Positions 22,496-32,235 of a stretch of 64,000 nt of DNA are shown here, one piece after another (the first letter of the stretch is position 1; each line of letters begins with the position of its first letter). The translations under genes were made by a program, and so were the position numbers. The stretch spans positions 2,848,001-2,912,000 of the forward strand of contig OY762964.1 in NCBI GenBank assembly GCA_963667035.1, read 5' to 3'. The DNA comes from Candidatus Cloacimonadales bacterium (GTDB lineage: Bacteria > Cloacimonadota > Cloacimonadia > Cloacimonadales > JAFGVF01). A model generated the notes under the pieces. That model saw only the letters and a list, made by a program, of their open reading frames with translations. It had not been told where the DNA came from and made no database searches.

Positions 22496-24100
22496 GTGGC
22501 TCATATACCAAGATTACTTATTGTGGATGATGATAAAATAATTGTTAAAACCTTAAAATTCTACCTACTGAAAAATGATTATATCATAGATAGTTGTCAT
22601 AGTGGAATGGATGCTATGAAACTGGTAGAGAAAAATGATTATGATCTAGTACTTCTTGATGTCGTTATGCCTATTATGAACGGCTATCAAACTTGCTTAA
22701 AAATACACGAAATTAATAAAGAGCTTCCTGTAATTCTCATTACTGCAAATACTGAAGATGAGTCCTTAAAAGAGGGATTTGAAGTTGGTGCTATTGACTA
22801 TTTAAGAAAACCGGTGAATAAGGTCGAACTTCAAGCTAGAGTAAAGAATATTCTCAGAATAAGGGCAGCAGAAAAAGAGAAAGAAGATATCTATCAGAAG
22901 CTTCATAAAGAAGTTAGACTAGCAGCAAGAATTCAGGAGAATATGCTCCCGAAGTGGGTTTACTTAGATGACCAGATAATATTCTCTTCCCATTATGTTC
23001 CATCAGGTGACGTAGGTGGTGACCTCTTCGATTGGATTAAACTGGATAAAGATAGATATGTAGTTTATGTTGCTGATATATCGGGACATGGTGTGCAAGC
23101 AGCTTTACTAATGACTGCCATTAGAAGTATAATCAAGATGTTCGTCGAGAACATGCGTAAAGATATGCATATTCCTACTCTGTTAAATCAACTTAATCAG
23201 CGATTATCGGATGAACTATTTGAGACAAATTACATGACACTTATTCTAGGTATCATCGATGTTAATCAAAAACAGTTTAAATTTCTTAATGCCGGTCATC
23301 CACCTCTAATTGAATATAATACGGCAACAAAGAAAACTTTTATTTATGATAAGAAGGGCTCCGTTCCTATGGGATGGGATACTCAGATTAAATATACCGA
23401 TAATGATATTGATGTTATACAATTACGAGAAGATTCCGTATTCCTTCTCTACACAGACGGTCTAAACGAGTCTGTTGATGAGGACGGTAATGAATTCGGA
23501 ATAGAAGGACTCAGAAGAATAATTGAAGAAGAGATAGTGGTTGATAGTTGCATAACTTTCCCCTTCCGCTTAAAAGATTACATGAGTAAGAATAACTTCA
23601 ATATTCGACAGGATGATTTCACTCTCTTCAGCTTTCAATTACAAGACAATATTAACAATGTTGAAGTGGATGGTGTCTTGAAAAAGAAGATTCTGTTCAA
23701 AGTTCGCTCCATGTTAAAAGATGTTGGATATACAGCAGGAACTTGTGAAAAGAAAGTATTGGAGTGGACCGGAGATGCTAGACTGGCTTCAGAAATAGAA
23801 CTTGTAATTGATGAATTTCTTAATAATATTATCATACATGGCTATAATTATAAACATGATGCAATCATTGTGATTGAGTTTTCTTTCAGAAAGGATAGAA
23901 TCTCGGTAAGATTCTGGGATAAAGGTATTGAATGGGTGCCTGCCAGTATCAATTACTCCCGAGATAATCCTTACAGCTTTGAAGACGAAGTATTCATGGA
24001 AAGTGGCAAAGGTATTCATCTTGTACTTTCAATGGTAAACTGTTTCAGTAGAATGAGATTTGAAGATATTAATGAAACCGTAATGGAAATAGATTTATAG
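22496..24100 (+). CDS. REC-PP2C(SpoIIE)-HATPase_c fusion (HsbR-like partner-switch regulator)
   Basis: LIVDDD...LLDVVMP...KP; VGGDLF, ADISGHG, NAGHPP, YTDGL, DDFT; EFLNNIIIHG, WDKG, ESGKGIHLV. Confidence 0.88.
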   Translation: MAHIPRLLIVDDDKIIVKTLKFYLLKNDYIIDSCHSGMDAMKLVEKNDYDLVLLDVVMPIMNGYQTCLKIHEINKELPVILITANTEDESLKEGFEVGAIDYLRKPVNKVELQARVKNILRIRAAEKEKEDIYQKLHKEVRLAARIQENMLPKWVYLDDQIIFSSHYVPSGDVGGDLFDWIKLDKDRYVVYVADISGHGVQAALLMTAIRSIIKMFVENMRKDMHIPTLLNQLNQRLSDELFETNYMTLILGIIDVNQKQFKFLNAGHPPLIEYNTATKKTFIYDKKGSVPMGWDTQIKYTDNDIDVIQLREDSVFLLYTDGLNESVDEDGNEFGIEGLRRIIEEEIVVDSCITFPFRLKDYMSKNNFNIRQDDFTLFSFQLQDNINNVEVDGVLKKKILFKVRSMLKDVGYTAGTCEKKVLEWTGDARLASEIELVIDEFLNNIIIHGYNYKHDAIIVIEFSFRKDRISVRFWDKGIEWVPASINYSRDNPYSFEDEVFMESGKGIHLVLSMVNCFSRMRFEDINETVMEIDL

Positions 24101-24112
24101 AGAGGAATTAAT

Positions 24113-24964
24113 ATGAAAGTAAGTATCATAATGCGTTCAAAGAATGAAATGCCTTATATTAAATATAGTTTAATGATGCTTACAAAACAAACTGTTAGAG
24201 ATTTTGAACTGCTGGTGGTTGATTCAGGTTCTACGGATGGAAGCTGGGAAACAGCTTTAGAGTACCATCCTCAAATAGCCTATCAAATAAAACCGGAAGA
24301 GTATATACCGGGAAAGGTCATGAATGCAGCTGCTAAGAAATGCAGTGGAGACATTCTTGTTTATAACAATGCTGACTGTATCCCGCAGAATGAGTATTGG
24401 CTGCAAAACTTGATTAAACCTTTTGAAGATCCGGAAGTAGTTGCAGTATTCGGTAATCAGATTACTCGCCCAAACGCAATCCCGATTATTAGAAAAGATT
24501 ACGAAAGAGCTTTTGGAGATGGAGCTATTCACTCTAAATGGAAACATTTCTTCTCTATGGCTACAAGTGCAGTAAGACGTTCCGTATGGGAAGAGTATCC
24601 CTTCTACGAAAATATCCAGTATTCTGAAGATATTGAATGGTCTTGGCGAATGAAGCAAATGGGTAAGAGAATTGTATATGTCCCCGATGCTATTGTTGAA
24701 CACTCACACAACTATACTCTAAAACAAACAGTTAAGAGATTTAAAGGTGAAGGAAAAGCCGAAGGATACATATACAAAGAGAAACCCCGTAATATAGTTT
24801 CCGAGATTGTGCTTCCGGCAACTATGGAGAGTCTGAGAGATTTTGCATATCTAATCAAAACAGGTGAAATTGCTTGGATTCCTAAAGCTCCACTTTATAG
24901 ATTCTTTCAAAGATATGGCGTCTGGAAAGGTAAAAAGGAATATTTTGAAAACAAAACAATATAA
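24113..24964 (+). CDS. Glycosyltransferase family 2 (rhamnosyltransferase-like)
   Basis: VSIIMR, VVDSGSTDG, NAD, SEDIEWS, VEHSH. Confidence 0.88.
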   Translation: MKVSIIMRSKNEMPYIKYSLMMLTKQTVRDFELLVVDSGSTDGSWETALEYHPQIAYQIKPEEYIPGKVMNAAAKKCSGDILVYNNADCIPQNEYWLQNLIKPFEDPEVVAVFGNQITRPNAIPIIRKDYERAFGDGAIHSKWKHFFSMATSAVRRSVWEEYPFYENIQYSEDIEWSWRMKQMGKRIVYVPDAIVEHSHNYTLKQTVKRFKGEGKAEGYIYKEKPRNIVSEIVLPATMESLRDFAYLIKTGEIAWIPKAPLYRFFQRYGVWKGKKEYFENKTI

Positions 24965-26081
24965 CATCTTTGTATCGGGATTAGCTTACGATGCCGGGAA
25001 ATCAGGAATTGCAGATTATACCAACAATGTAGTTAGAGAGCTTTCTAAAAACCACAAAGTAAGTATCTTACTCTTACCTGAGGATGTTAAGATTTTCCCG
25101 ATAAAGAATGCAAACATATCTTTTGTTATTGCACCTGCTTACCTTAGAAAAGCATTTAAATCAATGTTCTGGCATTTATTCTTTCTTCCTTTCAGGATTA
25201 TGAAATCTGACTATGACTGTATATTTCTTCCTGCAGGGAACAGACGTCTACTAAGTTTTTATCCTAAACCAACTGTAGTTACTTTTCATGATTTATCTCA
25301 GTTCCATATAAATAATAAGTATGACGATTTCAGAATGTTTTACATAAAGAAAGTGATACCTTTCTTCTTAAAGAAAGCACCTATCGTTATGGCTATCAGC
25401 AAGAATACTATTAAAGACATGAATATTCACTACAAGATGAATCCGGCACAAATAGTACTTAATTATAATGGTTATGATAAGAACAGATTTTTTTCAGGAC
25501 AAGATCCTACTGATGTCAGGAATGAGTACGGACTTAAAAAGGATTACTTCCTCTATATTGCCAGAATAGAGCATCCCGGTAAAAACCATATCAATTTGAT
25601 TAAGGCATACAGCTCATTACCTGAGGATATAAAAAACAAATATGACCTTGTATTTGCTGGTAGTGATTGGAATGGTGCCGAACAAGTACACTCTTTTGCG
25701 AAGCAATCAAATGTTACTGAGAACATTAAATTCTTGGGATTTGTACCTGACGCAGATATTCCTAAATTGTACTGCGGAGCTTCTTTATACGTGTTTCCTT
25801 CTTTTTATGAAGGATTTGGAATTCCATTAGTTGAAGCAATGGCTTCATTGGTTCCGGTAGTCTGTTCAGATACATCCTCACTCCCTGAAATTGGTGGAGA
25901 AGCTGTAGTTACTTTTGACCCTAGCGATCCTACAAACATAGCATTAACTATACAGAGAGTTGTCTCAGATAACTATTTAAGGTCAGATATGATAACAAAG
26001 GGATTGGATGAGATAAAGAAATACTCTTGGAAGAAGCATGCTGAAACTATCATTGATTTGTTTAATAACTATGAAAAATAA
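24945..26081 (+). CDS. Glycosyltransferase family 4 (GT-B)
   Basis: TFHDL, KNHINLIKA, FPSFYEGFGIPLVEAMA, SSLPEIGG; TTG 24945 follows AAGGA. Confidence 0.9.
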   Translation: MKTKQYNIFVSGLAYDAGKSGIADYTNNVVRELSKNHKVSILLLPEDVKIFPIKNANISFVIAPAYLRKAFKSMFWHLFFLPFRIMKSDYDCIFLPAGNRRLLSFYPKPTVVTFHDLSQFHINNKYDDFRMFYIKKVIPFFLKKAPIVMAISKNTIKDMNIHYKMNPAQIVLNYNGYDKNRFFSGQDPTDVRNEYGLKKDYFLYIARIEHPGKNHINLIKAYSSLPEDIKNKYDLVFAGSDWNGAEQVHSFAKQSNVTENIKFLGFVPDADIPKLYCGASLYVFPSFYEGFGIPLVEAMASLVPVVCSDTSSLPEIGGEAVVTFDPSDPTNIALTIQRVVSDNYLRSDMITKGLDEIKKYSWKKHAETIIDLFNNYEK

Positions 26082-26092
26082 AAGAGGTTTTT

Positions 26093-27121
26093 ATGGAAAA
26101 TTATGTAAATTATGCTGTTGACATGATAAAGCAACTTTGCCTTACCCCTAGTCCATCGGGCTTTACGGTAAAGATAATAAATGATGTAAGTAATGAATTG
26201 TCTCAAATGGGATACCAACCGACCCTAACAAAGAAAGGTGCATTGTTATGCGACCTTGGTGGTGAAGGCAACCCCATTTTGTTTGCCGCTCACGTTGATA
26301 CTTTGGGTGCAATGGTAAGAAGTATTAAAGGCAATGGTAGAATTCGTTATACAAGTATTGGTGGGTATGCTGCCAATAACATAGAGAATGAGAATATAGT
26401 GGTTCACACCAGAGAAGGTAAAACATATCATGGAACCGCTTATTTAACTAATCCTGCCGCTCATGTTTATAGAGATGTAAATTCACTCACTAGATCTGAC
26501 CAAACAATCGAAATCATTCTTGATGAAGAAGTAAGTAATGCAGAAGATGTACAGAAACTAGGTATTAGAGTTGGAGACTTCATTTCTCTTGACCCACGCA
26601 CAATAGTCACCGAATCAGGCTTCATTAAAAGCCGCCACTTGGATGACAAAGCCAGCTCAGGAATTCTCATTGCTCTGGCAAAGCTCATTGCAGAAAAAGC
26701 TATTACACCTAATCGTAAAGTTTATATTATGTTTACTACATACGAAGAAGTAGGTCACGGAGGTTCTTCCGGTATTCCTGAGGATGTAGTAGAAATGATA
26801 TCAGTAGATATGGGAGCCGTTGGTGATGATTTGACCACAGACGAGTTCAAAGTCTCTATTTGTGCTAAAGATTCAGGCGGTCCTTATGATTATGATATCA
26901 CTACCAAGCTTATTAAATTAGCTGAATCAAATGAGCTTGAGCATGCAGTTGACATTTATCCTTATTATGGCTCTGATGTTGAAGCAACTCTCAGAGCAGG
27001 ATATGACATTAAACATGGATTAATAGGACCGGGTGTCTTTGCTTCTCACGGCTATGAAAGAACCCATAGACGAGGAGTAGAGAATACTCTCAAATTGATA
27101 AACGCTTATATAACAAATTAA
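26093..27121 (+). CDS. M42-family metallopeptidase
   Basis: AAHVDTLG, SRHLDDK, YEEVGHG, VDMG, SHGYER. Confidence 0.92.
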   Translation: MENYVNYAVDMIKQLCLTPSPSGFTVKIINDVSNELSQMGYQPTLTKKGALLCDLGGEGNPILFAAHVDTLGAMVRSIKGNGRIRYTSIGGYAANNIENENIVVHTREGKTYHGTAYLTNPAAHVYRDVNSLTRSDQTIEIILDEEVSNAEDVQKLGIRVGDFISLDPRTIVTESGFIKSRHLDDKASSGILIALAKLIAEKAITPNRKVYIMFTTYEEVGHGGSSGIPEDVVEMISVDMGAVGDDLTTDEFKVSICAKDSGGPYDYDITTKLIKLAESNELEHAVDIYPYYGSDVEATLRAGYDIKHGLIGPGVFASHGYERTHRRGVENTLKLINAYITN

Positions 27122-27133
27122 CAGGAGGACTAA

Positions 27134-27382
27134 ATGGTTTATAAGATAATGGTAATCAAAATCGATCAGAGAAGTAAGTATGCTGTTGAAGCACAGAAGA
27201 TTCTCACAGAATACGGTTGTTACATTAAAGTTCGTTTAGGATTGCATGAAGCTACTGTTGATGTTTGTTCAACCGACGGACTGATAATTCTTGAAGTACG
27301 CGGTGAGAATGAGATTCTTGATGAGATGAGAACAAAGCTCAATAATCTTGATAATGTAACAGCTAAGATAATGGAAATCTAA
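27134..27382 (+). CDS. Small ACT-like protein resembling the TM1266 'iron-only hydrogenase system regulator' family
   Basis: QKILTEYGCYIKVRLGLHE; SD AGGAGG. Confidence 0.7.
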   Translation: MVYKIMVIKIDQRSKYAVEAQKILTEYGCYIKVRLGLHEATVDVCSTDGLIILEVRGENEILDEMRTKLNNLDNVTAKIMEI

Positions 27383-27406
27383 TTACTGGAGTTTTAATAA
27401 TCAATA

Positions 27407-27437
27407 AAAACAGGCTACCTCAAAGGTAGCCTGTTTT
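27407..27437. terminator. Bidirectional intrinsic terminator
   Basis: AAAACAGGCTACC-TCAAA-GGTAGCCTGTTTT between convergent genes. Confidence 0.88.
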
Positions 27438-27453
27438 ATTTAATACTATTTTA

Positions 27454-29445
27454 TTACGGTCTTGTATAAATCTTTTCCCAGTTTCTATTTCCCGGAGAGT
27501 CCTCATACCAGTCCTGATTTACAGTTCCATAACTCTCTGCCCAAGCTTTAAACTTGAGATAACCCTTAGTTATATCTGTCTTTTCGTACATTGGATCCCA
27601 TTCTGTAGCTATGTTAAGAGCCCAAGGTAGATTAGTAGTGTTACGATAGTATCTGTTAGTAACAAAATCACTATCATCATCACCGATATTGAAAAGACTA
27701 TTATCAACGAGCGATGTTGGAGGATAATCAGCTAAATGCACTTCTTGTCCTCTTTCTCCATTAACAAATATAAAAGGATTGTATGGTGGTTGCCATGACC
27801 AGTTTTCAGCATGGAAATCTGCTGTAACAAGCTTGATATCCAAAGCTATCTCACTCGGTTGAATATATGGTTCTCCATTCTCTGTGTTTACAAAATGGTC
27901 TTCAGGCTGATTTATAAGTGTGTTAGTATCACTAAACAGCACTATTACACCTTCATTACCACTTTCAAGATACGGATTAAAATTAGGATGAGAAATTATA
28001 TTAGAGTAAGTCAATGGGTCTGAACCGTCAACTACCGTGATGCTTTCAATAAGGTTGGAATCAAACGGTAATTGAATAGCAAAACCGTTATTGAAGCTTG
28101 CACCAACAGCTTTCAGTTTGAACTCAGCAACTATATGTCTTATAACATTTCCTGGAGCTGTATGGTAAAAGAAGTTGTAATCAAGTACCATATCGTTGAA
28201 GTCATAATCACCTGTATCAGGCCATAAGTCTTCATAAGCAAGAGTAGAGAAAGAGTGGTCATTTGTTTCAAATGCTCTATCAGGGTCTTGTGGGAAATCA
28301 TCGAATATATTGGATATTCCGTCTCCATCGTCATCGTCAACAACATCGATAGGTGGAACATTTGAAGTATCAATTGTGCCTAAAGGGTCACCGGTCAGAT
28401 AGAAGATTGTATCGTTGTAATCATTGTCACCGGTAGGAACTTCAATATCTTCGAAACCAAACAGAAGCTTATCATATTCATCGTCCCAAACCTGAATGCT
28501 TTGTTGACGATTGTTATGATTGAAGTGGTAATTAGAATACCAAGTATTAACTCTGTCCTGAACCATGTTGTTATGCCATCCGTTTGCAATTAAAACCCAA
28601 CTTAGAACCGTTCCGGCTTGGAAATGTCCTAAATATACTCTGTCTCCGGTTACAAGTCCGCCACCGCTTCCTTGATATGATACATTAGGGAATATTACTT
28701 TAAGGGTATCTATATCATCAGAGGTTGCGGGAGCATTTCCAACAGGATAGCTGTAATAAGCAAGTGTGTTATTGTATCCGGCTCCTTCGTGTACGAAGGT
28801 GATCCAGATATCTGTTTCTTGATTTATAATTACGGCATTAAGCTCAACACTAGGTGAGAGATAATCAGGATGATAGTTAAATAAAGACTTCTTTTCCGGT
28901 AAAGTAGCATTAATTTTTGACATGAAACCTGCCGGAATAGTATCTCTAGTCATTCCTATCGGGGTTCCATCGGCATCATAAGGTAACACATATTCCATTG
29001 ATGTCTTAGGAGTTTTAACTGCTTTTCCTACAGGTTTGATTCTCTCTGTTGTACCGAGTGTTAACTCCACTTTGTTGTTAACTACAGGTACTTCTGTCTC
29101 AGACATAAATCCTGACACGACAACTTTATCAAGATAGTTTGGTAATGGCACTATTGCTTTAAAATTACCCTCGGAATCAGTTGCACCTCTATAGATGATT
29201 TCTCCTCCCTCTGCAGGGAAGTCATCATATATATCAAATACAACATCTGGTAGGTTTTGATTTACGGTAATATCAATCTCTACATTGTTTATTGTATTGA
29301 AAGAAAAGTCATCAGCAATATTGAGTTGTGAAAAGTTATTATTTTCCGGTTCCGTAACATTATTATTATCATTATCATCAGAGCATGCTACAATAATTAA
29401 TGAGATAATAATAACAATTATAGAAAGCCATTTCTTTTTAATCAT
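27454..29445 (-). CDS. LruC/DUF4842-domain surface lipoprotein (with DUF4114-like and TSP3-like acidic segments)
   Basis: GGAGG then ATG 29445; lipobox IIVAC; FVHEGAGYNN, GFEDI..DNDYND, DDDGDG..DDFPQDP, AYEDLWPDTGDYDFNDMV, EVHL..YPPT, LPWAL. Confidence 0.85.
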   Translation of the reverse strand: MIKKKWLSIIVIIISLIIVACSDDNDNNNVTEPENNNFSQLNIADDFSFNTINNVEIDITVNQNLPDVVFDIYDDFPAEGGEIIYRGATDSEGNFKAIVPLPNYLDKVVVSGFMSETEVPVVNNKVELTLGTTERIKPVGKAVKTPKTSMEYVLPYDADGTPIGMTRDTIPAGFMSKINATLPEKKSLFNYHPDYLSPSVELNAVIINQETDIWITFVHEGAGYNNTLAYYSYPVGNAPATSDDIDTLKVIFPNVSYQGSGGGLVTGDRVYLGHFQAGTVLSWVLIANGWHNNMVQDRVNTWYSNYHFNHNNRQQSIQVWDDEYDKLLFGFEDIEVPTGDNDYNDTIFYLTGDPLGTIDTSNVPPIDVVDDDDGDGISNIFDDFPQDPDRAFETNDHSFSTLAYEDLWPDTGDYDFNDMVLDYNFFYHTAPGNVIRHIVAEFKLKAVGASFNNGFAIQLPFDSNLIESITVVDGSDPLTYSNIISHPNFNPYLESGNEGVIVLFSDTNTLINQPEDHFVNTENGEPYIQPSEIALDIKLVTADFHAENWSWQPPYNPFIFVNGERGQEVHLADYPPTSLVDNSLFNIGDDDSDFVTNRYYRNTTNLPWALNIATEWDPMYEKTDITKGYLKFKAWAESYGTVNQDWYEDSPGNRNWEKIYTRP

Positions 29446-29662
29446 ACTTCTTCCTCCATAGCGAAGAATAATATTTATAATTCTTCTAGATAGCAATAAT
29501 TTATATTCGCTGTAAAATGGCAAACTTTTTTTATTTATTCTCGCAATCTATTAACAAAAATAACATTTATCTAACACTTATTCCATAACTATTAGCGTAC
29601 AAACAAATTATAACTACTCATAGAAAGCTTGATTACATAATCATTTTATGTAATGCACACAC

Positions 29663-29692
29663 AAAAGACCCGACATTTCTGTGGGGTCTTTT
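29663..29692 (-). terminator. Intrinsic terminator of the isc operon
   Basis: AAAAGACCC...GGGTCTTTT inverted repeat just past the iscU stop. Confidence 0.75.
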
Positions 29693-29710
29693 AAAAGTTA
29701 AACCTATATT

Positions 29711-30331
29711 CTAATAATTTACAATAATATCCTTAACTTGTGGATATTTTTCCAAATGTTCTTTTATCTCTTCTACAACATTATCGCGATATGTATCAAA
29801 TTTAGGTACATCCAAATCGACTGTTGCTATTCCATCTTCAAGTCCGATATATTTTACCATCTTGAGGCTGACTATGTCTTCTCCTACCTGTGGATAAATT
29901 ACTTTTTTAAGTTCATCGACAATTGTCTCCTTTGTAAACTCGGGAGCTTCGATTAAGCCTTTAGCTATTTCATAATTCTGGATGGCAGATCTCAAAGTAT
30001 CTACTGCTAATACAGAACAATGCATTTTTACCGGAGGCAGACCGTCTAAAGCTGATGCCGCTTCTTTCCAAGTTATATCCTTTGCATCTTCAATCGTCTT
30101 ACCCATAGCTAAATCAGTAATTATGGAACCGGTTGCAATATTGGAAGCACAACCATAGGACTGGAATTTTATATCTTCTATCACTTTGGTATCTTCATTG
30201 ACTTTCAAGTAAACCGTAACCTGATCTCCACAAGCAGGGCTACCCTCAGTTGCGACAGCATCCGGGTGTTCCATCTTCCCAACATTATGGGGATTCATGA
30301 AGTGATCAATCACCTTTTGTGAATATTGCAT
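29711..30331 (-). CDS. iscU: IscU/NifU-type Fe-S scaffold fused to a C-terminal DUF59-like domain
   Basis: YSQKVIDHF, PACGD, YGCAS, KMHCS; C-terminal LKKVIYPQVGEDIVSL. Confidence 0.9.
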   Translation of the reverse strand: MQYSQKVIDHFMNPHNVGKMEHPDAVATEGSPACGDQVTVYLKVNEDTKVIEDIKFQSYGCASNIATGSIITDLAMGKTIEDAKDITWKEAASALDGLPPVKMHCSVLAVDTLRSAIQNYEIAKGLIEAPEFTKETIVDELKKVIYPQVGEDIVSLKMVKYIGLEDGIATVDLDVPKFDTYRDNVVEEIKEHLEKYPQVKDIIVNY

Positions 30332-30344
30332 TTTTACCTCTATA

Positions 30345-31529
30345 TTATTTATTTTCTTTCAAGTATAAGGGACTGCGAGAACGTAGTGTCTCGACTATAT
30401 TCTTTAATTTATCTACCATGTAGTCGATTTCTTCTATAGTATTGTAACGGCTGACCGTGAACTTTATAGAACCATGAGATTGGACATGAGTCTTCCCCAT
30501 TGCCATAAGAACATAGTTAGCTTGAAGACCTTGAGAAGCACAAGCACTACCTGTAGCAACAGTGATTCCGTTTATATCAAGCATCATGGTTATTGCTTCG
30601 CCTTCGATGAAGTCAAATGAGATATTCATATTATGGGGAGCTCTTCTTTCACCCATTGCTCCATTCACGGATGTATACTTAATCTCGGCTTGGACTTTCT
30701 TAAGTATATAATCTGAAAGCTTTCTCAGATAGTTCGCATTCTCGTCAAACTTACTGAAATTCATCTCAATAGCTTTAATAAATCCGGCTATCCCGGCAAT
30801 ATTGATACCACCCGTATTTAAGCCGTCAATACGCTTTACTCCGTGTATTGTTGAAGATAAGGGAGTTCCTTTTCTCACATACAATGCACCGACACCTTGC
30901 GGTCCATGAATCTTATGAGCTGATATTGCCATAGTATCAATTGCAAGTTCGTTCATATCCAGTTTCACTTTTCCATAAGCCTGGCAAGCATCCGCATGAA
31001 AGAATATCTTATGATCAGCTTCTTTCAGAACTTTTGAGTAATCCTCAATCGGTTGTAATGTACCGACAACATGGTTTGCTACTGAAGTCAGGAACATGAT
31101 AGTATCCGGTCTAATTGCTTGTTTAAGCTTTTCAGCACTTACAAACCCTTCTTTGTCAGTTTCCAGATAAGTGACTTCAAATCCTGTGTTTTCAAAGAAG
31201 GCAAGGTTTGTCAGTATATCCGGATAGTCCACATTTGAGGCAATAATATGTGTTCCCCTGGATGAGTTAGCCATTAATACGCCTTTAATGGCAATGTTGT
31301 TGGCTAAGGTTCCACCGGAAGTAAAATGTATTTCATTTTCTTTAGCACCAATAGTGTCTGCTAATGTATTGGCAAAAGATTTTAAAGCTGAAGCAATCTC
31401 CTCGGATGTACTGAAGAAATTACCGGGAAACCAATATTTTTCTTCCCAATAGACTTTCATTGCATCCAGAACTTCCGGAGCAGGTTTAGTCGTTACGCAA
31501 TTGTCCAAGTATATTCTTTCCAAATCCAT
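30345..31529 (-). CDS. iscS: Group I cysteine desulfurase-like protein (IscS/NifS) with atypical active-site residues
   Basis: YLDN..TT, FTSGGT, SAHKIHGPQG, GSAC; lies between the Rrf2 regulator and iscU. Confidence 0.85.
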   Translation of the reverse strand: MDLERIYLDNCVTTKPAPEVLDAMKVYWEEKYWFPGNFFSTSEEIASALKSFANTLADTIGAKENEIHFTSGGTLANNIAIKGVLMANSSRGTHIIASNVDYPDILTNLAFFENTGFEVTYLETDKEGFVSAEKLKQAIRPDTIMFLTSVANHVVGTLQPIEDYSKVLKEADHKIFFHADACQAYGKVKLDMNELAIDTMAISAHKIHGPQGVGALYVRKGTPLSSTIHGVKRIDGLNTGGINIAGIAGFIKAIEMNFSKFDENANYLRKLSDYILKKVQAEIKYTSVNGAMGERRAPHNMNISFDFIEGEAITMMLDINGITVATGSACASQGLQANYVLMAMGKTHVQSHGSIKFTVSRYNTIEEIDYMVDKLKNIVETLRSRSPLYLKENK

Positions 31530-31947
31530 CTTTATCTCCTGATATTCTATCTATCACATCGCTGAGTTTAATAGAATCCATATAACTTCTTATGTTTTTG
31601 TATATATCTGTCCACAGAGCTTCAATCACACATGGATGACCTATACAGAATTCATGTTCTTTGCTTTTCCTCTGACAATAAACCATGTACGGTGCATCTT
31701 CAACGGCAGTGATTAACTCATGCAAAGTAATTTCGGAGGCATCTCTTGCAAGCCTATATCCACCTTTGGAACCGGGAGAACTGGTCACTATACCATTCTT
31801 CTTCATCTCTCGGAATAGGTGCTCAAGATATTTTGCCGGTAACTTCTGGTTATCACTAATGGAGCGAATCGATAATGGTTCTCCGTTATTCCTCGCAATC
31901 TCTATCAGTGCTCTTAATGAATACTCTGTTTTAGATGTTATCTGCAT
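31486..31947 (-). CDS. Rrf2-family (IscR-like) transcriptional regulator
   Basis: MQITSKTEYSLRAL, YLEHLF, GSKGGYRLAR, three C-terminal Cys; SD GGGAGG before ATG 31947. Confidence 0.9.
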   Translation of the reverse strand: MQITSKTEYSLRALIEIARNNGEPLSIRSISDNQKLPAKYLEHLFREMKKNGIVTSSPGSKGGYRLARDASEITLHELITAVEDAPYMVYCQRKSKEHEFCIGHPCVIEALWTDIYKNIRSYMDSIKLSDVIDRISGDKDGFGKNILGQLRND

Positions 31948-31961
31948 ACTTCCTCCCGTAA

Positions 31962-31986
31962 ATAACATAGTACTAAACTAGGATAT
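31962..31986. promoter_or_regulatory. Putative Rrf2 autoregulatory operator
   Basis: 25-bp dyad ATA-aca-TAGT-actaa-ACTA-gga-TAT, 15 bp upstream of the Rrf2 start; same geometry as IscR type-1 sites. Confidence 0.6.
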
Positions 31987-32136
31987 TGCAAATAATGACA
32001 AGCTTTTTTTTCGATTTCTATTAAATTAGGGTATTTCTAGAGGGGAGTAGCACACATTATTACAACCGGAATCTTTGAATGTTCCCCTATCATATTAAGT
32101 TTGATGTCTTCTTTACTGCTCCTTCATCTCTCAGCA

Positions 32137-32235
32137 TCAATTCTTGGGAAACACCTGTGAAACACCTGTGAAACACTTGGGCAATCCTTGGGTTAATTAC
32201 CAACAATTTAGCAATATATGACCAACCAATTGCTA
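32137..32235. repeat. Degenerate 11-bp-period tandem array
   Basis: TCAATTCTTGG/GAAACACCTGT/GAAACACCTGT/GAAACACTTGG/GCAATCCTTGG/GTTAATTACCA/ACAATTTAGCA/ATATATGACCA/ACCAATTGCTA. Confidence 0.75.
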
